Source: a virus. From it: a DNA stretch of 64,000 nt. Of the stretch, positions 35,509 through 46,465 are shown piece after piece. Position numbers and translations under genes: made by a program. The notes beneath the pieces were generated by a model. It had not been told where the DNA came from, did no database searches, and was given only the letters and a program-made list of their open reading frames with translations. Position 1 is the first letter of the stretch, and every line of letters begins with the position of its first letter. Location: IMG/VR virus record IMGVR_UViG_3300042691_046823; one strand, 5' to 3'.

Positions 35509-36751
35509 TCCAGGTGTATGTATCTTTTCGTATAGACTCTAATTTTAACACACGTCTTTTGCCATCAACAAGACCTTGTTGCCAGGAATCTGGCCATGCT
35601 TCCTGGAAAGTAGGCCTATGTTTCAATTGACACAGCACATCTTTTAACGCCCCGGGTGGTAAATCTTCCAGCAAATTATTGATTTTCTTGTCGAGAAGCC
35701 ATCGTGGCAATGCAAGAGGACTCATCACTATATCGGGTGAAAACCCAAACACTACTTTGGCAAGGATGTCAACTCCGAATTCGTCAGCGAGCGTTTGTAT
35801 TCTTCTGATTTCAAACAGTCCAGGTAAAGTGAGTGTGAAATCGATTCGCATCTGGCGGCGATTCTTGCATAGGTCCAATCCTCGGGCAAAGTTATGTCGC
35901 CATTGTTCATAGTCGAGTCCGGTTCGGATGTATTCTCCTGTGGCTCCGGTTCCGTCAAGGCTGGCACAGATTTGCCAGTCGCGAACATGTCCAAGAATAT
36001 CGTCATAAAGATCAATCCCACGATAGTGGATACGAGAAAGATTGGTGTTATATCTGGCATAGAGTTTGGGCCCGTCACCCAGGTCAATTATTCTTTTCAT
36101 GTACCGCCAATGCTGTTCGTACATCAACGGTTCGCCGCCCACCCAGTAAACCTCTTCCACACGATGCTGTTCCACTGCATCAGCAAACTCTTGTTCTATC
36201 TGGGTGTCTTGAAACTTACTTATTTGTGCTCTGACGGCGGGGAGCATCCAGTTGTTTTTGGTATTAGACCAGTCAATCATGTTATGCTGTCTCTGTTCAC
36301 TTTCCCAGGCCGAACTTAACATGTCACCACACATCCTGCATTTGAAATTGCAAAGATTTGAAAATCTATAGTCCCAGCTCACCGGTTGCATGGTAGTGGA
36401 TCCATCCTCGGCTGTGGATGCCATGGCCTGCTCATATTTGTGTGCAAACAAACGATTGAAATAATCTCTGTAAACGTCTGTGTTTAACAATTTTTCATTG
36501 CAAACTTCACACTCGGGCAAGATTTCGCCAGCCATCATGCGACGACGCACACTACGCATGTGCTCGCTGTTCCAATGGTCGTCTAATGTAATAGGAATAT
36601 AACGACCGGTGCCTGCAGCTGTGTCAATGTATTGCTGGAAATTTTGAGCAGGCTCTCTACTGGCACAACACATCCTTCGCTCAGTCTGCGGCGAAAGATA
36701 AGTGTGTGTCCACGGCGCAAGGCACAAGGTGTTAGGTTTAGAGGAAATCAT
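35450..36751 (-). CDS. radical SAM protein (twitch-type)
   Basis: CLAPW..CC, CNFKCRMC, GGEP, YNTN. Confidence 0.92.
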   Translation of the reverse strand: MISSKPNTLCLAPWTHTYLSPQTERRMCCASREPAQNFQQYIDTAAGTGRYIPITLDDHWNSEHMRSVRRRMMAGEILPECEVCNEKLLNTDVYRDYFNRLFAHKYEQAMASTAEDGSTTMQPVSWDYRFSNLCNFKCRMCGDMLSSAWESEQRQHNMIDWSNTKNNWMLPAVRAQISKFQDTQIEQEFADAVEQHRVEEVYWVGGEPLMYEQHWRYMKRIIDLGDGPKLYARYNTNLSRIHYRGIDLYDDILGHVRDWQICASLDGTGATGEYIRTGLDYEQWRHNFARGLDLCKNRRQMRIDFTLTLPGLFEIRRIQTLADEFGVDILAKVVFGFSPDIVMSPLALPRWLLDKKINNLLEDLPPGALKDVLCQLKHRPTFQEAWPDSWQQGLVDGKRRVLKLESIRKDTYTWNDITKEDEEIHAWWQEISC

Positions 36752-37943
36752 AATCTATAGCAAATGCAAATTCGGGAGCCACTTGATTGAGATTTTGTCC
36801 GCGTCTCTGATCGACCTCGTAGACGCTTCTTCTAAGATCGCTACCATCAGTGCTGGTACCTTGATTCATAAAATCAATGATGCGTTGTATCTCAGTATCG
36901 TGTTTGACACTGAATCGGCCGCTCCTTAATCGGGCCTGCGTGATTTCTTTGGCTTTGGCCGGCAGATTGGCTATACAGAATTGCGGAGCATCATGCAACA
37001 TATTCCAGTAAACAAAATCAAAATCCTGCTGATCTATCCAGGCAGCCACATCTTCAAGATACATCACGTTAAACACATTGACCGTGGTACAAACCTGCAG
37101 GGTTATATTTTTGTTCCTTGCACGCATTTGACGGAATAGTTCTACATGACCATTCACGGCAGTCCAGTCGGCTCCGGCCCGTTGATATTCAAATCTTTCG
37201 GACACATCATCAATGCTGAACGCTATTTCTACGTGCCGGAAGTTTTTCCACAGTGCTTCTGCTCCTACAGGATACATGGTACCATTGGTGTTGTAGTGTA
37301 TATCAATGTTGGCAGCCAAGCCTCGATCAACCAACTTGGCCAGGAGATCAAAATGTTCTTGTATCATGAATGGTTCACCTCCGGTGAATTCAAGATATCG
37401 TAAACTTTCGAGGTTAGACTCGAGATCTTGCCAGAATCTCTGTTCTTCTCTGGGCCAGCGACCCAACTTCATCATGACATAATGGAAGTTATTTTTCTTT
37501 TCTTGCTGATATTTTATTTCTTCGGCTGCATAGGTCGATGATGACCATGATCCGCAAATGCGGCATTTAAGATTGCATATATTACCCAGTTTGAGATCCA
37601 AGAACATCAAGGGTTCGGGTTGATCTGTCCATTGTTCAGTGTCCACGACGTGTTTCAGGCGATCCAAAGTATGCATGCGTTTGCTGGTTCGGCCCGCACG
37701 TTCTTCGTTCCAACAACGTTCACAGTCAGGGGTCTGTTGTCCTTGCAAGAAAGATTTTCGTAGTTCTTGCATGTGCTGGCTTTGTCTGATAGTCTGGATA
37801 GACGTTTCCCCCAGGCCGAACTTGGTACCATGTTCGTCCACTATCTCGTTGCGAGACAAACAGCAAGGTCTCACGGTGCCGATAGGACTGGCTTCAAGGC
37901 TTATCCAAGGCAACACGCAAAACTTGTCGTGAGGAACCTTCAT
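36738..37943 (-). CDS. radical SAM protein (twitch-type)
   Basis: CVLPW..PCC, CNLKCRIC, GGEP, YNTNGT. Confidence 0.92.
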   Translation of the reverse strand: MKVPHDKFCVLPWISLEASPIGTVRPCCLSRNEIVDEHGTKFGLGETSIQTIRQSQHMQELRKSFLQGQQTPDCERCWNEERAGRTSKRMHTLDRLKHVVDTEQWTDQPEPLMFLDLKLGNICNLKCRICGSWSSSTYAAEEIKYQQEKKNNFHYVMMKLGRWPREEQRFWQDLESNLESLRYLEFTGGEPFMIQEHFDLLAKLVDRGLAANIDIHYNTNGTMYPVGAEALWKNFRHVEIAFSIDDVSERFEYQRAGADWTAVNGHVELFRQMRARNKNITLQVCTTVNVFNVMYLEDVAAWIDQQDFDFVYWNMLHDAPQFCIANLPAKAKEITQARLRSGRFSVKHDTEIQRIIDFMNQGTSTDGSDLRRSVYEVDQRRGQNLNQVAPEFAFAIDYDFL

Positions 37944-39202
37944 CGGAGCGCCTCTAATTCAGGAAGAGCAGTGGCAATGTTTTGCGATCTGATTCGATCA
38001 AGTTCTTGGGTCTTTTGCCAAAAGGTATCGACTAGATCAGATCTATCAGATGCCATCATGAAATTTATGGCTGATTGTAGTCCCACAGTAACACGAGAAA
38101 GACTGTCTCGACCGCGCAACCACTCAATGTGTTCCTCAAACTTGATGCGTAATCTTTGCTTGTACTTGACGGGCGCAATATCCAATCTATACCATGCTGG
38201 ATCTTGCAATATGTTTATATTACAATCTTGAGGTCGTATGAGTCCTCGATCAACCCAATGTCGGTGGAAATCTGGTAAATGCCAGGCATTGAGTATACTC
38301 AAAGTAGGACTGATATAAAAATCTACATTGGGGCAGATATCTATCATGCGGCGTCTATTTTCTTCTACCTGCTGCCAGTCTGTACCGTTACGTATATACT
38401 CAGCACGTGATCCCATGGCATCAAGGCTGGCTCCCACTGCTACGCTGTCGAATTTTTTCCAATAGTCAAACACATACCTATCTTTTAATCTTACCTGGGT
38501 AAAATTGGTATTGTAAATCAGTCGCACATCAAATCGGCCTCTGCGTTCCAATTCTTCCAAGATACGATAATGTTCGTCCATCATCAATGGCTCACCACCG
38601 GCAAAATAAATCTGCTCCACATAATCTATGTGTGGCAACAACTGCTCCCACATGTCGTTGGCGGTTCGCCCAGCGATGTTCAGAGCGCGATTCTTTGATG
38701 CCCAGTCGGTGCCCGCCAGTTTGGCCTGATCCTGATACCACGAACTGCTGAAAATATGTCCACAACTGCGACAACTGAGATTGCAAAGATTAGAAAAGCG
38801 TATGTCCCAGTAAGTCATTTCAAAAGGATTAGTTGATAACTTTTTTATATGATGTCCATGATGCTTGTTGGCCGACTGCCTACCACTGAAAAAACCTGCA
38901 GACTCCTGTTCATAGCAACGTTGGCAAGCTTTGCTTTTGATGTCATGCAACATATTGTCGCGCAACTGGCCCATGGCATCACCGGTCCAGATTTCTTGCA
39001 GAGTCTGAGACCTACAATCTCCAACCTGTCCCACTTTCATTTCTGCATGACAACAAGGATAGGCTTCTCCCGTGGGATATGCATGTAAATGTATCCAGGG
39101 ATAGATACAAAAAGTCTTTGATTCTTTCAATAAAAAATTTTCGCGCTCGGTAAGATCCACCGGCTTCAATAAATCAGGGCTGTTATATTTGTATTGAGTC
39201 AT
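37940..39202 (-). CDS. radical SAM protein (twitch-type)
   Basis: CIYPW..PCC, CNLSCRSC, GGEP. Confidence 0.92.
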   Translation of the reverse strand: MTQYKYNSPDLLKPVDLTERENFLLKESKTFCIYPWIHLHAYPTGEAYPCCHAEMKVGQVGDCRSQTLQEIWTGDAMGQLRDNMLHDIKSKACQRCYEQESAGFFSGRQSANKHHGHHIKKLSTNPFEMTYWDIRFSNLCNLSCRSCGHIFSSSWYQDQAKLAGTDWASKNRALNIAGRTANDMWEQLLPHIDYVEQIYFAGGEPLMMDEHYRILEELERRGRFDVRLIYNTNFTQVRLKDRYVFDYWKKFDSVAVGASLDAMGSRAEYIRNGTDWQQVEENRRRMIDICPNVDFYISPTLSILNAWHLPDFHRHWVDRGLIRPQDCNINILQDPAWYRLDIAPVKYKQRLRIKFEEHIEWLRGRDSLSRVTVGLQSAINFMMASDRSDLVDTFWQKTQELDRIRSQNIATALPELEALR

Positions 39203-40520
39203 ACCATGATACCAAGTTAGGAAAAGTTCGGCGGAAGTTGTGATTTCTCCGTTTGTCATATTGCTCATAGAATGCACGGAAATCATTGTGTAGTCGGGGC
39301 ATGTCAAAGGCCTCAGAATGTGGTGTCTTGACCACATCGAGGTAATCAATCAGTCTCTGCACATGATTGCGTTCGTGTGGTTGCAAACAGATGTTATGAT
39401 TCCATCGATCTAACCAGGCCTGCAATCTGTCTCTATGGTGCATGCGTATGCGATCTGGCAACACCAAGGGACTTTGGAAACTGGGGAATCTGAGTATGTT
39501 CAAGGTAAAGTTCGGAAAGTCTGCACCAAAATCCTGTTTCCATAACATGAGATAGTGCAAGAACTCTGGCAGGCTTTCCAGGCACAAGGCATTGACTGTA
39601 CACATCACATGCAACGCACGCACTTTCTTGGTTTGCATGATATGTTCCATGTTGTAGGTCCACTGTCCGTAATTCAACCCATCGCGGATGTATTCTGCGT
39701 GCGGTCCTATACTTTCGTTAGAAGTGTATAGATCTAATTCTACACCTTCACAGCCATCTATGGCACGCTGTATCACATCTCCTTCCATGCCAAGATTGGA
39801 ATTGATAGCCAGGCGGGTATGACTACGACCAGGATTGTCTCTGAACCAGTCTATGAGTTTCCAGGTATAGCCCGACATCAGTGGCTCGCCACCGGTGATG
39901 CGTAGTTCGTCTAAGGTCCTGTGGAGGTCCGATTCCCACCACTGGAAGAACGCTTCCACATATGGATTGGTTTGCCCATAACGGTATAACTGAGCACTGT
40001 CATGAGCATGAGTAAAGTGGTTCCTGCCGTCGCTAATGAGTCCTGTATAAGGTCCGTGCTTGCGGATATCGTTGACCCAAGAAGTGCTAAAAGCAGGATT
40101 GCAGTAACTACATGCAAACTGACATGTGCGATCAAAACTGATCTCCAGAGTGCGGAGATCAACATCTGTTTCCACTGGTGCTTTAGCCGCATGATTGAGA
40201 TCCTCGATCTTGTATATCTTGCTCTTGTAAACTCTGTCCGACACAGCATCTCGACCCATGTCCTCGATCTTCCAGCAATATTCACAGCCCGGCGGGCGTT
40301 CTCCTGCCTGCATCATCTTGCGATCTTGTTTCTTCTGTGCTGTGTTGTGTATGGCTTTGGGATTGGTGCTGAATTCTGGTCCAATGGCATGTGCTGGAGG
40401 ATGATGGCACGAAGTGGTCTGTCCTGAACCCAGCCAAATGGTCGCATTGTACCACTTAGCACCACAGAAGCTGTTAGAGATTGGGTCCAGCACCTGCTGG
40501 CGGAATTCAAGGTCGTCCAT
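39183..40520 (-). CDS. radical SAM protein
   Basis: CGAKW..SCHHP, CEYCW, CQFACSYC, GGEP. Confidence 0.92.
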   Translation of the reverse strand: MDDLEFRQQVLDPISNSFCGAKWYNATIWLGSGQTTSCHHPPAHAIGPEFSTNPKAIHNTAQKKQDRKMMQAGERPPGCEYCWKIEDMGRDAVSDRVYKSKIYKIEDLNHAAKAPVETDVDLRTLEISFDRTCQFACSYCNPAFSTSWVNDIRKHGPYTGLISDGRNHFTHAHDSAQLYRYGQTNPYVEAFFQWWESDLHRTLDELRITGGEPLMSGYTWKLIDWFRDNPGRSHTRLAINSNLGMEGDVIQRAIDGCEGVELDLYTSNESIGPHAEYIRDGLNYGQWTYNMEHIMQTKKVRALHVMCTVNALCLESLPEFLHYLMLWKQDFGADFPNFTLNILRFPSFQSPLVLPDRIRMHHRDRLQAWLDRWNHNICLQPHERNHVQRLIDYLDVVKTPHSEAFDMPRLHNDFRAFYEQYDKRRNHNFRRTFPNLVSWYDSIQI

Positions 40521-41646
40521 GATTTATCAAAGAAAAAAATTGTTGGGGGATTTGCGCACGATGTTCCTTTTGGAATTCTCGCAATCGCTGTTGATTGTAT
40601 TTACAGATAGGTTCACAGGCCTGTAGGAAAGACTGTAGATCTTGGCCTACAAGATCCACTACGATATCATGTATGCGATCCAATCTCTGTTGGTTGTCTT
40701 CTATGCTATCAAAACTTTCGTCGATCACGGATCCAAAAGTCTGGAATCCAAGATCGCGCATGTCTCTATAAAAATATTGATTGGCAGCACAGATCCAGGG
40801 ATGCCCCATGGCAATAACTTTGGCTATTTTTTCGGTGCGAAAACTGTAAGGCACATCATACACAGTTTCCGTAACTAAACTGAAATAGGTATCCACATAG
40901 CCCTGGGGTTCAAGATAGATCTCACCCCAGGTATTTTGGAACATGTCTTGTTTGATAAAAGCGCGATCGGGCATGTCTACCATGATCTCAGTGTCACGGT
41001 AATCGCGATATTCATACAGCGCAGGCAATCTACGCAAGGGTGTGGGTGTGGCCATTACATTGACATCACCACGCATGAGTTTCAACTCGCGATCTATACA
41101 AGGCCGGCTTTCAAGCATGGTCCAGAGACTTTGATCAAGAATCTGGCTTTCACGGAATCTCTCCCAGAGATACTTGCGATGAGGTCTGGCTCTTCCGTTG
41201 AGGAACATAAAGGTGTATGGTTTTGGATTTCCAGCAAAGATCTCATCGGTACGCTGTTGAGCTTGTATGTTTTCTTGGTAATCCAGGATGTGGACTAAAA
41301 AATGATCTATTCGTGTATAAGCATAGGCCGGATCCATGTCGCCACCACCAATGATGCGCAGATTACCACCTCGAGCATGAGATTCTAAATTCATGCTCCG
41401 CAGTTGATCCATGAGGGTACGGCTTCCTTCGAATGCATTGTCAAATACCACAGTGACGTCGGGTCTTGTCAGCAACATCTCAATCATGGGTCGATATTCT
41501 ACAAACAACTTGCGACCTATGACATACACACTGTTGGCCACGATGTCATGATTCTCCAGAGTCCAAAATTCGTGTGTGATCCAGGGCCGGAGATCTCTGT
41601 ACACCAAGCTGAAAGTATCTACTACGAGATTACGACCGTTGAGCAT
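40507..41646 (-). CDS. glycosyltransferase-like protein (TEK family)
   Basis: FLNGRARPHR, LVTET, TEKIAK, GFQTF, DESFD. Confidence 0.6.
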   Translation of the reverse strand: MLNGRNLVVDTFSLVYRDLRPWITHEFWTLENHDIVANSVYVIGRKLFVEYRPMIEMLLTRPDVTVVFDNAFEGSRTLMDQLRSMNLESHARGGNLRIIGGGDMDPAYAYTRIDHFLVHILDYQENIQAQQRTDEIFAGNPKPYTFMFLNGRARPHRKYLWERFRESQILDQSLWTMLESRPCIDRELKLMRGDVNVMATPTPLRRLPALYEYRDYRDTEIMVDMPDRAFIKQDMFQNTWGEIYLEPQGYVDTYFSLVTETVYDVPYSFRTEKIAKVIAMGHPWICAANQYFYRDMRDLGFQTFGSVIDESFDSIEDNQQRLDRIHDIVVDLVGQDLQSFLQACEPICKYNQQRLREFQKEHRAQIPQQFFSLINHGRP

Positions 41647-43039
41647 GTCCACGACACTCCTCCCACCATTGGCGCATCTGTGGAAAAGTAGCCAGGAAGT
41701 CTGTACCGCGTCGCCGATCGTGCTCGGCAAAAAACCTATAGAAGTCTGCCCTATTCCTGCTTTGATCCTGTGTCAGTCCTTGCTTCATCCAGGCAATGTC
41801 ACGTCGTAATCTTTGTATTTCAAAGTCTCGGAATCCATGCATGGGATCTTGATTCAATTCCATCCAGTCGGCAGTGCGTTCCAGCACGGCCGAATAACTT
41901 TCAGGCAAGGTCTGCAAACTCTGCCAGGCCGGTTGGCGCAGTACCGGAGTGTCAAACCACACACGCTGATAAGTGCTACTGTATTTTTTGCGCAGATCCA
42001 ATATCCATTGCAGGAGATCTTGCAATCCCAACACTGACAGATTGTTCATAGTAACGATAAAAGTCAGACTGTTGCGCCGAGGAGCTTCGCCAAGATAGCG
42101 ATGTACGTAGTCCCATAGTCGTCGGAACTGCAGACCATTCCTGATATATTGAGCTTGGCCGGGATTGCCAGAATCAATGCTGACATACTGCATGAAATGT
42201 TCGATATTGGTATCACACAATTTTTTAACATAGTCAAGATAGCGATTAAACAGCGCAGGTTCCACTGAGAAATTGCTGGTCACATTGAGATGCAAATCGG
42301 GCTTGGGCAAGGCCAGCACATAATCAAATACCCGATATGTGTTTCGATCCATGAGAGGTTCGCCGCCGGTCATGCGGAAATGTCTCAATCGAGGATACAG
42401 AGTAGGCCACCATGCCCAAAATGCCTCCACATAGGGATTGTGTTCTCTTGCAGGGATAGGGAGTCGAGATCCTGAGAAATGCTCAGGACTGTTATGAGGA
42501 GTAGCAGTAGGGTAGGATCCATGACGCTGAATTTCGTCCATCCACGATGACGAAAATTGTGGACTGCAATAACTACAGCGGAGATTACAAGCACTGTTGA
42601 AATTAACTTCAACATAACTGGGGACGACATCATCTTCGTTACCAGTAGAACCTGCGATATGATCAAAATCTATGGCAGCCCAAGATTCGCCGGAACGATA
42701 ATGTCGATCGCTCATCTCACCAAGATCTTCCATGTTCCAGCAATACTGGCATTCTGCGGGACGTTGTCCTTGTAACATCATGCGTCGTTGTTGTTTCTTA
42801 TGCGAAGTATTGTGCAAGGCTCCAGGATCTCTTCCAATTTCTTCAATAGATATCTGATGTAACGGTGGATGATAACATGAATTGTTCATGCCCGTGGTTA
42901 GATGCAGACTAACCTGTTTCCATTTGGCCAGACACAAACTGGGACTCACTGAGTCCAGACGTTGTTTCATCACTTCGGCGTCGCTGAGAAATTTTGATTT
43001 AAAATTCTGCGCTATTTCATTGTCTTTATTTTGCGGCAT
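41630..43039 (-). CDS. radical SAM protein
   Basis: CLAKW..SCYHP, CQYCW, CNLRCSYC, GGEP. Confidence 0.92.
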   Translation of the reverse strand: MPQNKDNEIAQNFKSKFLSDAEVMKQRLDSVSPSLCLAKWKQVSLHLTTGMNNSCYHPPLHQISIEEIGRDPGALHNTSHKKQQRRMMLQGQRPAECQYCWNMEDLGEMSDRHYRSGESWAAIDFDHIAGSTGNEDDVVPSYVEVNFNSACNLRCSYCSPQFSSSWMDEIQRHGSYPTATPHNSPEHFSGSRLPIPAREHNPYVEAFWAWWPTLYPRLRHFRMTGGEPLMDRNTYRVFDYVLALPKPDLHLNVTSNFSVEPALFNRYLDYVKKLCDTNIEHFMQYVSIDSGNPGQAQYIRNGLQFRRLWDYVHRYLGEAPRRNSLTFIVTMNNLSVLGLQDLLQWILDLRKKYSSTYQRVWFDTPVLRQPAWQSLQTLPESYSAVLERTADWMELNQDPMHGFRDFEIQRLRRDIAWMKQGLTQDQSRNRADFYRFFAEHDRRRGTDFLATFPQMRQWWEECRGHAQRS

Positions 43040-43207
43040 TGAATGTACTTTCCAGATCTTAGTCAGTCAGTTCGAAGAATCTTTTGGTATGTTCCAAGAT
43101 CGATTCCGTGTCTTCGAACTTGACATTATCAAAGCGATTACAACAGATGCTTGTAGAATGATATGCATTGGTGATGTAAAATCCAGCATATGGTACGGAG
43201 GATTTTT

Positions 43208-44179
43208 TTAGTCGCAAAAAAATTCCGTAGACATTATTTTTTGATCCGTTAATTCCTGGAGGCATCTCACATTGTGTGCCAGTACTGGTTGCATTTCGTC
43301 GTACCATTGCTTTATTCGTTGATCTGGTTGAAGGGCGATGTAATCTATGCCATCACACAGTGTGTCATATCTGGCATCAGAGGGATCTTGATCATAGCCT
43401 TCGTCCCACCAGGTGTCAAAGGTCTTGAATCCCAATGATTTGAGATTTTTCAAGTAGTGAATGGGTCCTTGCACGATGAAGGGCCTGCGGTTTATGATAC
43501 ACCGCAATGTCTTTTCTGTGATAAAAAATGTGCGACCTGTAAAATAAGTTTCACATACGATTTCTATGAATACAGAGCGATACTGTTGGGTAAGACCAAA
43601 CCCCTGCTCGTTCCATAGTATAGGATAAGTTTGCTCATCGTGTTTGATGGGCAAATGTTTAAGAAATTCATATACATGTTTACTTTTGTCCCAATGCTTG
43701 TGTACAAATTCTTCTAAACCCAGATTGTTTCGATGGAATTCAAGATTGTGGTCATAATGAAAGGTCATCACAGTCCGATCTCTGTATTTTTGATGCAGAT
43801 GTGCGGCCAGTCCTAATCGCTGCCAATTACTGCGCCCTATGAATATTCCAAACAGGTGTTTGAGTGTGCTGGATACTGGTTGCGATTGTTGGATAAGATT
43901 CTTGGCCAGATTCAGTTCAACAAACTTGGTCCTGATCTCTGGATATGCACTGGACTTGATTTGATTGCTTGTGCGTATTAGAAAATGATCTTTGGGCAGA
44001 TCCAACAATTCACGCACTTGGTCAATGACAGCATCAATGCCGGCTGCCACACAATCCGGTCCTTCGTGCAGTAGATCTATGATCACAGGCCCTTGTTGTG
44101 CAGCCGAGATTAGGTCAAACACAAACTGTTGCTTGTTCCATAACAAAGAGTCACTTGTAATTGCTTTAACGATCATCAA
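43208..44179 (-). CDS. glycosyltransferase-like protein (TEK family)
   Basis: VCET, TEKTLR, PF, GFKTF, DEGYD. Confidence 0.6.
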   Translation of the reverse strand: MMIVKAITSDSLLWNKQQFVFDLISAAQQGPVIIDLLHEGPDCVAAGIDAVIDQVRELLDLPKDHFLIRTSNQIKSSAYPEIRTKFVELNLAKNLIQQSQPVSSTLKHLFGIFIGRSNWQRLGLAAHLHQKYRDRTVMTFHYDHNLEFHRNNLGLEEFVHKHWDKSKHVYEFLKHLPIKHDEQTYPILWNEQGFGLTQQYRSVFIEIVCETYFTGRTFFITEKTLRCIINRRPFIVQGPIHYLKNLKSLGFKTFDTWWDEGYDQDPSDARYDTLCDGIDYIALQPDQRIKQWYDEMQPVLAHNVRCLQELTDQKIMSTEFFCD

Positions 44180-45212
44180 CTAACCAATCCAGGCCGGGCC
44201 TGCCTCGTTCAGGAAAGTAGTCAGGGCAAGAACCACTTCTGCGGATATCGTTGGTTAAACAATGCATGCCTCCATCCCAAAAATTCCTACATCTAAAATC
44301 AAACGCATGTACATTGTACCCTTGGCGGTGCAAGAATTCAAAGGTATCATCATCGTCGCCTATGCTGAGAATGTTTTTGTCATCTACTATCAACAAGTTT
44401 ACATCAAATACAGTTTCTTGATAACTGCCCACCCAGTCCTGTGCCTTGGTTTGGACATGCTGTTGGAATTCTTTGTTGGCGCCAATTTTGACATCTGGCA
44501 CTTCCCATTGGTGGAAACCGCTGCCCATGTTCAAAGGTTTTTTGCGGTTGTGATGATTGATATTGTATATGTCCCATCCAGGAAATGTGGTGTCGTAAGA
44601 TTTTTTGTAATCCGTGGTCATGATCAGACCTTCTCTCACTGGACAAAATACACAATCGCTGTGCCCGTCAATCATACTAACATGCACACGATACTGCTTG
44701 GCTAACTCTACCAATGGTTCTGTGACCATACCCCATACATGTTCATGATATATCCAATCAATATATAAATCACGACCAATGCGTACCATGCAAGGTGGAC
44801 TCAAACAGGCCCAGGGTGTTCCTTCATTGTACTCTAACACTGTAGCACCGCTGTTTCTATAATCATCAATGGCATGTTGCCATGGGTTGCGCCGGAATTG
44901 ATTCCTCAAATGATACATGGTTGATCCCAGTACCAGGGTATCATCGCGTGCGGCCACTACTGGCTTTAGTAAATTATCGTTGGTATTTAAACAGTCATCT
45001 ATGCTGTGATATTCGGGCCTGCGAACAACCACTCCAAGTTCCGTCAACTTATTGTGTATCTTGGTCAAATCTTGTTTTGTCCATGCAGTGATGGTTTGGA
45101 AGGCGTCACGCACCGGGGTGGATAAATGATCATAAAACTGTTCAGGGTATACGTCCCCTAACCATACTTCTTGCAATGGAGCAAACCCACAATGGCTGTT
45201 GACCAAACTCAT
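44166..45212 (-). CDS. amidinotransferase (second paralogue)
   Basis: PLQEVWLG, ARD, GHSD, ETVFDVN, GGMHCLT. Confidence 0.8.
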   Translation of the reverse strand: MSLVNSHCGFAPLQEVWLGDVYPEQFYDHLSTPVRDAFQTITAWTKQDLTKIHNKLTELGVVVRRPEYHSIDDCLNTNDNLLKPVVAARDDTLVLGSTMYHLRNQFRRNPWQHAIDDYRNSGATVLEYNEGTPWACLSPPCMVRIGRDLYIDWIYHEHVWGMVTEPLVELAKQYRVHVSMIDGHSDCVFCPVREGLIMTTDYKKSYDTTFPGWDIYNINHHNRKKPLNMGSGFHQWEVPDVKIGANKEFQQHVQTKAQDWVGSYQETVFDVNLLIVDDKNILSIGDDDDTFEFLHRQGYNVHAFDFRCRNFWDGGMHCLTNDIRRSGSCPDYFPERGRPGLDWLVDDR

Positions 45213-45213
45213 A

Positions 45214-46137
45214 TCACCATCCTTCTTGTCTGCGTATCACGTCTATCTCGCGGATCATGATACCTTGGTTGTGCCAATTTGATCGATAATGATGTTTAAA
45301 GAATGCACTTTGTTTTTTATCCAACAAACTCATCGGGAGATCTAATTGACCGCTCAACGACTGTGAATAAGTGTCTGTGGCTTCATAAGGATCCACATGT
45401 CGTTCAACTTGCCAGATCTTTTCGAGGGCATCAAATGATTGTACATCTCGATAATCCCAGTCTGTGAGCATGGTCATATAGGTGCCCATCCTGGCGCCCA
45501 TGATAGCCCAGATACCATGCTCAATGTCATCTCCGACATTGTGCCAAACAGTGAGATGATCAAGATTGCGTTGGTGCACCCTGTCTCGGAATTCTGTCAC
45601 ACTAGGTCTGGCACCCTTGTTTAGACACATTTTAACCCCTTCACGGAAGCCAGCACGCCAAGCATGCTTGGCGCTGCCGTTGGGATATGTAGAAGAGTAA
45701 CAGTCATGCATGGACCAATACAAAGGATCAAAACAAAATTCAACCACGGTTTCATCTCGCCCATCAGTGTTCTCATGGGTTCGCATGCCTTTAACAAAAG
45801 TCTTGGTCCAACTACTGAGCCCGCCATTGCCATACGTAAGACCGTTGATGTGATTCCTTGCACGCCAGCGGAATACTGCACTTTGCCAATGCTCGTCTTG
45901 CAAGTCTAATGTAAGGTTAAAAAAACCTTCGTCGGGGATGTTGTCTCCGTCGATCAGTATGAATCGATCGGTGCCACTGGCTTCAGCCGCAGCTTTGTGC
46001 GCGGCGTCTGATCCTTTGACTCCGTCTACACGCTTGGCCCAAGGAACCATGTTACGTATACGCACCCAAAATTCTTCTTTCTGCGGTTCGTCATAACTGA
46101 GATAGATGCAATCAAGGTCGGCCACGTCAATTTTCAT
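45214..46137 (-). CDS. glycosyltransferase-like protein (GT-A-like)
   Basis: YLSYDEP, VDGVKGSDAAH, IDGDN (DxD), AWRAGFREG. Confidence 0.65.
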   Translation of the reverse strand: MKIDVADLDCIYLSYDEPQKEEFWVRIRNMVPWAKRVDGVKGSDAAHKAAAEASGTDRFILIDGDNIPDEGFFNLTLDLQDEHWQSAVFRWRARNHINGLTYGNGGLSSWTKTFVKGMRTHENTDGRDETVVEFCFDPLYWSMHDCYSSTYPNGSAKHAWRAGFREGVKMCLNKGARPSVTEFRDRVHQRNLDHLTVWHNVGDDIEHGIWAIMGARMGTYMTMLTDWDYRDVQSFDALEKIWQVERHVDPYEATDTYSQSLSGQLDLPMSLLDKKQSAFFKHHYRSNWHNQGIMIREIDVIRRQEGW

Positions 46138-46465
46138 AGCGGATTTTCCATCTTTGGTTTGTTTGATCGGGCGACACTACTATGGTTATGTCTTCAGGAT
46201 GACAAGGTGTACCAGATTCATTATCATGCACCAATTTGCGAGATGTGGTGCCGTTAAGTTTATGTATGCGTCCGTTTATCACCCGCACACGTAAATCGGC
46301 CAATTGATATTCTTCTGGTGTGACGTCAATCCAAGTACCTGGCAGATCTTCCATAGAATAACAGATAGGCTGCCCTTGACCGTCATGATACAGTCGCCAG
46401 AACACTGGTTTGATATCCGGCCATGCGTGAGTTTGCCAAAACTTCAAGAATTCTTGTTCATCCAT
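46127..46465 (-). CDS. hypothetical protein
   Basis: Overlap-coupled ORF (WRLYHD..YSMEDLPG). Confidence 0.7.
   Translation of the reverse strand: MDEQEFLKFWQTHAWPDIKPVFWRLYHDGQGQPICYSMEDLPGTWIDVTPEEYQLADLRVRVINGRIHKLNGTTSRKLVHDNESGTPCHPEDITIVVSPDQTNQRWKIRYEN

Noticed and set aside
43040-43207. 170-nt gap between a GT-like gene and a radical SAM gene
   Set aside because: Short frames exist but none has convincing start signals or motifs; possibly a gene remnant.
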